Below are positions 38,349 through 46,455 of a DNA stretch of 46,455 bases, in pieces. The stretch's first letter is position 1. Every line of letters begins with the position of its first letter. A model generated the notes under the pieces. The model was given only the letters and a program-made list of their open reading frames with translations, was not told the DNA's origin and searched no databases. The DNA is from Octopus bimaculoides (taxonomy: Eukaryota). The translations under genes and the position numbers were made by a program. The DNA lies in the NCBI RefSeq assembly GCF_001194135.2, contig NC_068984.1, forward strand, positions 98,510,541 to 98,556,995, in the 5' to 3' direction.

Positions 38349-38529
38349 ACACACACACACATATGCATATGTATATACATATATGTATGTGTATATATTT
38401 ATATATATATATAGATGTATGTATGTATCTATATATATGTATTTATGCTTATATATTTCAACAAGCATGAGGATGTTTACATGCCTGTAAATGTATCCAT
38501 GTGCATGCATACACACATGTACATGTTCT

Positions 38530-38578
<49 letters not shown>

Positions 38579-39030
38579 CATCATCATCATCATCATAGCT
38601 TTTTCCATTCAGCCATGAAGTGAATAAAAAAACACCCATTTCTCTGATCCCAATCACTGAATTGTGACAAGCCACCCCTTCTCCTTTTCCTTCCTTCAAA
38701 ATGGAGGATGGAATTCCTAAAAAAACAATTACAAATATTTCTCTCTGATTATAGCAGTAATTAAAATAATTGATTGATGAAATTGAAATGAAGCAATGTA
38801 TGTTCTGCTCTGTAACTTCCTGGCAAACATCACTTCATTTCCCTTAGAACTTAATAATAATTGATAGACTGGCATATGTGGCCACAGATAGTTTCATTGA
38901 TAGAGAGAAACAGGTAATTTTATTAGATAGATAAATAGACAGACAGACAGACACACAGACAGAGAGAGACAGACAGATAGATAAACAGACAGAGAGAGAC
39001 AGACAGATAAATAAACAGACAGACAGACAT

Positions 39031-39082
<52 letters not shown>

Positions 39083-39440
39083 ATGAACAGACAGACAAAT
39101 AGATAAAAGCAGATATACTTCAGTTGATATACTATTAAGATAGTCAGGCAGGTAGATTAATAGATATATAAATTAATAAATAGATAGTTTCAGAGATATA
39201 TAAACAAATTGGTAAGTAGGTGGGTATGTGAGGAGTAGATAAATAATTGACTAGATAAATAAACATGGATACAGACAGATAGGTAGACTAATATACATAG
39301 ATAGAAAGATAGATAAAGGATACAGACAGAGCAATTAACAGATAAATAAATAAATGGATAGATATCAAGTAGATTCATAAAGACATAAACAGACAGAGTG
39401 ACCAACAGATATATAGACAAACAGAAAGACAATAGATAAA
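37620..39440. repeat. Microsatellite field: (CATA)n, (TA)n, (GAT)n, (GATA/GACA)n
   Basis: Direct inspection. Confidence 0.9.
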
Positions 39441-40229
39441 TAAATAAAAATGTATTGATCATGAACAGTTCATTTAACTAACAATATGCTCTTTCAAAAT
39501 TTGTAGATTTATCTTGAAGTTAGAATTCTTTATTATTCTAAGTGATGAATGAGAAGCAGAGCCTCAAAAATAATAGAGAACTAAACTGATTAATATGAAA
39601 TTCCAGTTACAGACAGTTACTAGTTTCCATGGATTATCTGTTTCGTTTTGATATTCAGGTGAGGTTGGCAAGAAGAATATCTGGCCATAGAAAATTTGCC
39701 TCTACAATTTCCATGTGACCCATGCAAGCATGGAAAAGTTGATGTTAAATGATGTATGTATGTATGTATATATGAATATATGTATGTATGTATGTGTAGA
39801 TATATGTACACATATATCTGTATTCATGTCAGTATCAATATGTACACTTGAAAGAACTTTAGAATGGAATAACTATGGATATAACATTTATAATATACAT
39901 TCCAACATAAAACACTGCTAGTTGTAATACTTTGTCTTTGTGAAATTTCTCTCAAGACAATTTCACTGTTAAAACAAAGCTCACTCAGAATAACATCAAT
40001 GGATGGTCAGACAATAGCATTTTAGCTTGACCTAACCTCTTCAGTGACAAACATCTCCAGTCATTCTGAGCTAAGTTGGAAATCTTGTTCCAATATAGAA
40101 ATCAGCTTAAAAAACATTTGCAGATTTCTGGAGAAACTGGCCAGGCTTGAGTTAAATAGATATATGCACTTGAAACAGCATGAAATTAAAATAATGATAT
40201 GTATAACATGTATAAAGTAAATACAAATG

Positions 40230-40430
40230 TAGACCAGCTCTAACTGCAACACCTTTTTCTGGAGAAAGTTCTTGTAGCAGACTTTGTGTATAAAACCCCC
40301 CACAAAACTCACTCAAGAATGATGTTAGTAGATCTTCAGACACCAATGTTTTTGTCTGATTTAGTCTCCTCAGTATTGAAAAGCCCCATTCACAAGTTGG
40401 AACATTTGTTCAGCAATCAAAATATTTGCT
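40230..40430 (-). pseudogene. Possible hAT transposase C-terminal dimerization-domain remnant
   Basis: *TNVPTCEWGFSILRRLNQTKTLVSEDLLTSFL loosely resembles the hATC pattern (T....CERSFS.LRR.K..LRST). No TIRs seen. Confidence 0.3.
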
Positions 40431-40856
40431 AATTTGTGTGGAAGCTGATGAGGTTTGAGTTAAATCCATATAAACACTTGAAATAACAGATTAAATTAAT
40501 AATGTATATAACTTTTACAATGTATATACAAGCACAGGATGTCACTAACTGTAATATTTTGTCTCACAGAAACTTCTAGGAGAATGCGTGTGTTAAAAAC
40601 ATAGCACTCTACATTTGCATATACATTATAAATGTATATAATCAATATTTTAATTGAATGCTGTTTCAAGTGCATTGAAACACTGATTTAATTGGTTTAA
40701 CTTCAACGTGGCCATTTCCACACAAATGAGCTAATATTTTGTTTGCTGTTTTCTATATTGGAATGAAAGATTCAACTTAGCTCTGGATGATTGGTATGTT
40801 TATTCTTGAAGTTAAATCGTGCTGGAAAATCCTCACATAAAACAAATAAACAACTA

Positions 40857-40887
<31 letters not shown>

Positions 40888-40894
40888 ATGTGTG

Positions 40895-40976
<82 letters not shown>

Positions 40977-41367
40977 TTATGTGATGAAAACTCAGTTTAT
41001 TTTGCTGGGTATGATGGAAAGTGTCAGTTGTCCACAGCCAGCAGACTAAGGTGACACTTTTTAACTGGGTATGCTTCAAGAACCCCATGAAGAACTCTTG
41101 CAGTTCCAAGCAATGCCGATTTTTGTAGGTGCTCTACCTTCACACTTGCCCCAATCTTTTGTAACTATGTTAGTAGTTGAGTTCTGATACTTCCAAGTGC
41201 ACCAATTACTATTGGTATCATGTCTACTCTCCTCATTGACCACAACCTTTGTATTTCCCACATCAAATCATCATAGTTGTTTATTTTTTCTTTTTCTTTC
41301 ACATTGATCCTGTTGTCACCGGGGCATGCTATGTCAATATTATTATTATTATTATTATCATTGTTAT

Positions 41368-41672
41368 AGCTTCCGCTATCTGGGCGACCAAGTTAGTAGT
41401 GGGGGTGGGTGCGCTGAAAGTGTAGCTGCTAGAATAAGAATAGCCTGGGCAAAGTTTAGAGAGCTCTTACCCCTGCTGGCGACAAAGGGACTCTCACTCA
41501 GAGTAAAAGGCAGACTGTATGACGCATGCGTACGAACAACCATGCTACATGGCAGTGAAACATGGGCTGTAACTGCTGAGGACATACGTAAGCTCGCAAG
41601 GAATGAAGCCAGTATGCTCCGTTGGATGTGTAATGTCAATGTGAATACCCGTCAGAGTGTAAGTATCTTGAG
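41368..41672 (+). mobile_element. RTE-clade LINE fragment (post-RT region), young, runs into a gap
   Basis: SFRYLGDQVSSGGGCAESVAARIRIAWAKFRELLPLL..KGRLYDACVRTTMLHGSETWAV..MLRWMCNV, open frame. Confidence 0.9.
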
Positions 41673-42321
41673 NNNNNNNNNNNNNNNNNNNNNNNNNNNN
41701 NNNNNNNNNNNNNNNNNNNNNNNNNNNNNNNNNNNNNNNNNNNNNNNNNNNNNNNNNNNNNNNNNNNNNNNNNNNNNNNNNNNNNNNNNNNNNNNNNNNN
41801 NNNNNNNNNNNNNNNNNNNNNNNNNNNNNNNNNNNNNNNNNNNNNNNNNNNNNNNNNNNNNNNNNNNNNNNNNNNNNNNNNNNNNNNNNNNNNNNNNNNN
41901 NNNNNNNNNNNNNNNNNNNNNNNNNNNNNNNNNNNNNNNNNNNNNNNNNNNNNNNNNNNNNNNNNNNNNNNNNNNNNNNNNNNNNNNNNNNNNNNNNNNN
42001 NNNNNNNNNNNNNNNNNNNNNNNNNNNNNNNNNNNNNNNNNNNNNNNNNNNNNNNNNNNNNNNNNNNNNNNNNNNNNNNNNNNNNNNNNNNNNNNNNNNN
42101 NNNNNNNNNNNNNNNNNNNNNNNNNNNNNNNNNNNNNNNNNNNNNNNNNNNNNNNNNNNNNNNNNNNNNNNNNNNNNNNNNNNNNNNNNNNNNNNNNNNN
42201 NNNNNNNNNNNNNNNNNNNNNNNNNNNNNNNNNNNNNNNNNNNNNNNNNNNNNNNNNNNNNNNNNNNNNNNNNNNNNNNNNNNNNNNNNNNNNNNNNNNN
42301 NNNNNNNNNNNNNNNNNNNNN

Positions 42322-42945
42322 AATCACTTGCTGCGACACACCCAACATCCTAGGGTGAGTGAAGGATAAGAGATATTACAGTATGACTGAAAGCTTGGAC
42401 AGGAGAAGTGGCAGGGGCAGTAGTGAAATATCTTCATGTAACACAACACATACATTTAAATTGATAGGGTTTTTCTAAGGATGTGGGCAGTACTTGTTAA
42501 CATGATCTTTTGGATTTCTCTGAGACATGGTTCTCCTGGGATATTATTTAGATGTTTTTTACATCCCTTTCTTATCATACCTAGGGCACCCACAATAACA
42601 GGAACAGTTCTCACTTTAAGATGCCACATCTTTTATATTTCAATTTCCTGGTCCTTATATTTATTTAATTTGTCAAATTCCTTTACAGATATATTTTTAT
42701 CAGTGGGAATACTTACATCTAATAGATGTAAGTCTACAAGTATTTTCTTCCCTGTCTTTAACGACTATGTCTTGTCAATTGGCCTGGATCTTTCAGTCAG
42801 TATTGACTGGAAAGTCCCAGAAAATAGTGACATTTTTACCTTCAACAATGGCTCAGGATGACGTTTATAAGTCATCATTAAGCAGGAGTGTTGATTTTGT
42901 AGTGTTTATATATTTTCCACTGTAAATACTGTCCTACTTCAGCTG
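42322..42945 (-). mobile_element. R4/Dong LINE 3' end, same subfamily as copy A (copy L)
   Basis: Clear nucleotide similarity to 5170-5775 (acacaccca.catcctag.gtgagtgaaggataagagatattacagtatgactgaaagc...). Confidence 0.9.
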
Positions 42946-43565
42946 TTTTTTGGCATTGTTAAAACGTTTAACATAAATCTTCATGTCATCCACAAAGAAA
43001 TTGTGGGTTACATTAATATCCCTAGCTGTTGCAGATCCTACTATGCAAGCATTTGATTGTTTTGGCTGGAATGGTAATAGGTTAAATGCCAAATTGAAAA
43101 TAATTACAGAGAGACTATCCCCTTGGAATATTCCCTTTGAAATATTTATAACATTGGAGATTGTTGTTCCACTCTCACTTGTAAGTGTGAAAATTGTTGC
43201 CAAGGTCTCTGTGAGCCTCTCAATGGCAGCATCTAAGGTAGTAGGTACTTTTACCAAATGTAGACACTTCAGCAGCCATGAGTAGGGAATAGAGTTGAAC
43301 ACTGTCTTATAACCAAGCCATACTTGGTATTTTCTTACTTCAGCCTGTACAGCTTTTTTCAACACATCCCCACACTCCCCAGTTTCCACCTGCCTGCTTG
43401 TCAGTCACTGTGTTGTTGGACTCACAATGATCCTGGAGGAGGAATTGGTTGAGGCAGCTTGTATACAGTTCGTTCATAATGTTTAGGCAAGCAGTAGGCC
43501 TATACTTAAAGCCTATAGTTTTATGCCAAATGGTTGCATTGTTGGTCAAAAAATTCGTCTGTATC
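42946..43565 (-). mobile_element. R4-type RT fragment (copy M)
   Basis: YRPTACLNIM, FNSIPYSWLLKCL, KGIFQGDSLSVIIF, THNFFVDDMKIY. Confidence 0.85.
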
Positions 43566-45950
43566 ATAGTAAGTCAGTTTAGTATGAGATGCCCCTAACA
43601 CCTATAGTCAGTTGTAGAGATTCAACATGTTACCTACTGAGTCATTTCCTAGTTAACACCACTTTCCCATTCATGAGAAGAATTCCTTCATTTGTGAAAA
43701 ATTTAGTACCCTTCATAAACAAGTAGAAGATATTCCACTTATGTACTGCCAAATGCTCAATCTTGATGTGGTAAATTTATTTACAATAGTTTCAGTAGAT
43801 GGGCCATTGTCAGTTGTCATAAACAGACTAGACTAGGAAAACACCTAAGTTTCCATAAACAGACAAAACTAGCAATTGATATTTGGTATTTAGATTATGC
43901 TTAGAGTTGGCTAACTTTCAGCCAAATCACAATTAAAATTTAACCACATCTAGAAGGGCTGGCTGTGGGTTCACCATTAGAAAGCATTGACATAGAATAC
44001 TTTGAAGATTTAACTCTGAAATATGGAGCCTGGTTAAGAAGTGTTGATGAAACTTTTGTGCATTAGCAGCATAATATGGATGTCTTGAGAAAATGCTGCT
44101 GTACTACAGTACAGTTCAACTCTTTCAAAGGAGAGCAGTAACCAACTACTATTCCTTGATGATGGTAATACTGATAATGACGATGAAAGTAATGAAATGA
44201 CAGCGGTGAAGAAAATAATGAAGATAGTAACAATGAGTATATTGGTAAGGAGGAGGCTGAGAATGACGATGATGATTATGATGATGATGATGATGACAAC
44301 AACAATGACGACGATGATGAATCAATTAGAAATCTTAAACATCAGAATACAAAATGTTTGAGATTCATTAACCAATCTCATTAGGGTTTCATTTAATGTT
44401 AGTTGGAGACTGCTAACCAATTAGTGCCATCCTGTTACCTTAACAACTTACTGGCATTAACAGACTTAACGAAGTGATGTTTATTACCAGTTTTCCTGCT
44501 TGCTCTATTTCCATGGTGACATATGTGAAATGATGATGTATATTGGAAAGGGCATATGGAATCGGTGGTTGACATTATTGTGGTTGCATCCTTATTCAGT
44601 CTTGATTAACTAGACAGATCTGTATTAAGTAAGTGTTGAACAACAAAGGGTAAGGTAACTTGTTTTTCAGCCAGGTGAGAATCATAAAAAGTTAAGTAGC
44701 CATAGAAGTATTGGTCAGTAGGATGAAGTGTTGTCAGTTGGTTGTGTATCCTTGGGTGAAGATAGTACTGCCAACAATCCAGTCTACCAAGACAAATATG
44801 GGTACTATAATGTAATACAGTTTATTATACTATATCCACAGCCTTTTATGATACAATCCACCTAATTATAAATAGATGCTACACAATGATATAATCCATT
44901 GCATTGCGTTCATTAAGTAAACTAACTATCAACAGTCTGCTGCAATCTCTCATGCTCCAAGTAGGCACCATAGTATAATCTACTTCACTGTGTTGTGTTT
45001 ATGGCCAAGAAGCTTAATTGTCAAATAGTCCAGTTCACTAAGCTGTAGGTTAGTGTCTCAATATGATATAGTTCCTTGAGCTTATGATCAAGACATTCAA
45101 CAACTCTGTAAAGTATTGCAAGTTTTGGAGAAGATTACACATACAAACCTCAACTGGTACTTATTTTATCGAACCTGAAAGGATGAAAGGCAAAGTTGAC
45201 TTCAGCAGAATTTGAACCCAGGAAATAAAGACAGACCAAATGCCACTAATCATTTCAGAGTTCATGGTTGACCCTGAACTCAGCTCTTTAAGTTTACATA
45301 TCTCTGGTTGATTGCATACTTGTTTTATAGCAAGAAATCATGTTGTTATTTAACCCGAGGTAAGTGCTTACTAAACAAACCTGTGATCAACGATGTTTCA
45401 GCTATGACTACCCAGTCTTCTTTCAAACTTAGTGCATCCAATGTGTCCTTCATTTTTATTGATCCCAACAATCAGCACATAATTGTCATTCTCTTCCTCC
45501 AGAATTACTTCCTCCTCTACCATCTTCCTGTTCCAATTGTTTTTTTTCCATCACCATGCTTATAATTTATCTATCAACTACTTTCTTAATAACCTATTCA
45601 GTCACATTTGTCTACATTGAATAGAAACAATATATATTCGAGAGGACTTTCTGGTCTGGTAGGGGACAAAGCAAGCTCACTATTGTTGGTGCCATGATAG
45701 AATGTTTCCAGTACACTCTGTCAAAGGATTGGTGTTACAAAGGTTGTCCACCCATAGAAATCATGCCAAAAATGGAAACATGATCATGTGTAGTAAGAAG
45801 TTTACTTCCCAGCCACATGGTTCCAGGTTCAGTCTCACTGCATGTCACCTTGGGCAAGTGTCTTCTACTATTGCCTTGGACTGACCAAAGCCTTGTGGGT
45901 GGCTTTGGTAGATGGAAATTGAAAGAAGCCTATTGTTTATATATATATAT

Positions 45951-46082
45951 TTCTGGTAAGACAGCTGCGGGAGAAATACCAAGCCAAAGATAAACCTCTG
46001 TACCTGGCTTTCGTTGACATGGTCCCCAGCTCCCTTATCTGGTGGTCAATGAGGAAACTAGGGATAGATGAATGGTTAGTGA
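45951..46082 (+). mobile_element. RTE RT micro-fragment
   Basis: FLVRQLREKYQAKDKPLYLAFVDM/VPSSLIWWSMRKLGIDEWLV between (TA)n tracts. Confidence 0.75.
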
Positions 46083-46455
46083 TACATATATATATAGATG
46101 AATGGTTGTATATGTATATATACATATATATAATTATGTGTATTTCTTCTATCTTAATGAATAAAAATTCTTCTGATAAAATAATGGGTTAATAGAAACC
46201 AATGTAGCAAAGAATACAAAATAACTGTGGTTTAGTTCCTGTTTTTAAGGCAGGAACTCCTTGAAATTTTGGGTATTTGAGTATATTTAAGAATTTAAGG
46301 AATGGAGAAAACGCATGTTATAATTGCATACTTTATTCCTACATATGTTTCAAAGGATTACAACCTGTGTGATCCATAGAGATCTTTGATATTAAAATTG
46401 TAACCTTCTCATCAGGGAAAGCATGGGAATCATCTTAAACGTAAGACATTATGAC

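Noticed and set aside
44540-44990. Possible decayed APE endonuclease remnant on the - strand
   Set aside because: Only faint motif resemblance with many stops; cannot be supported without a search.
46395-46446. ctcatcag|25 nt|GTAAGA micro-exon candidate
   Set aside because: Does not encode the expected ELRGNIRV continuation; splice-like motifs are common by chance in AT-rich DNA.

Overview
AT-rich, microsatellite-dense metazoan draft-genome window with nine N-gaps. The repeat content (tRNA-derived SINEs with internal (TA)/(TG) tracts, RTE and R4/Dong LINEs) points to a coleoid cephalopod, probably Octopus; this is inference. Almost all of it looks intronic. Two phase-compatible + strand exons (4564-4702 and 25495-25598) encode a coiled coil ending in ...EKERKQRKQLHNDLM, the expected lead-in to a kinesin-14 (KIFC3/KIF25-like) neck; the motor exons were not found. 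The rest is a transposon graveyard: about 13 decayed R4/Dong-type RLE LINE fragments, RTE fragments, several SINE families, a full-length TIR-bounded DD36E Tc1/mariner element, and piggyBac-type and mariner-type MITEs. Most notable are (i) two unrelated fold-back elements, each carrying minimal hammerhead-ribozyme motifs on both arms, one fused to a tRNA-like Pol III head, and (ii) a repeated tail-to-tail geometry between R4/Dong LINEs and one SINE family at shared (TAA)n tracts, plus a second LINE subfamily tied to (CATA)n. Most ORF-track entries are microsatellite or N-gap artefacts. Repeat boundaries were read by eye and are approximate (about 10-30 nt) unless a TIR, TSD or splice site is quoted.
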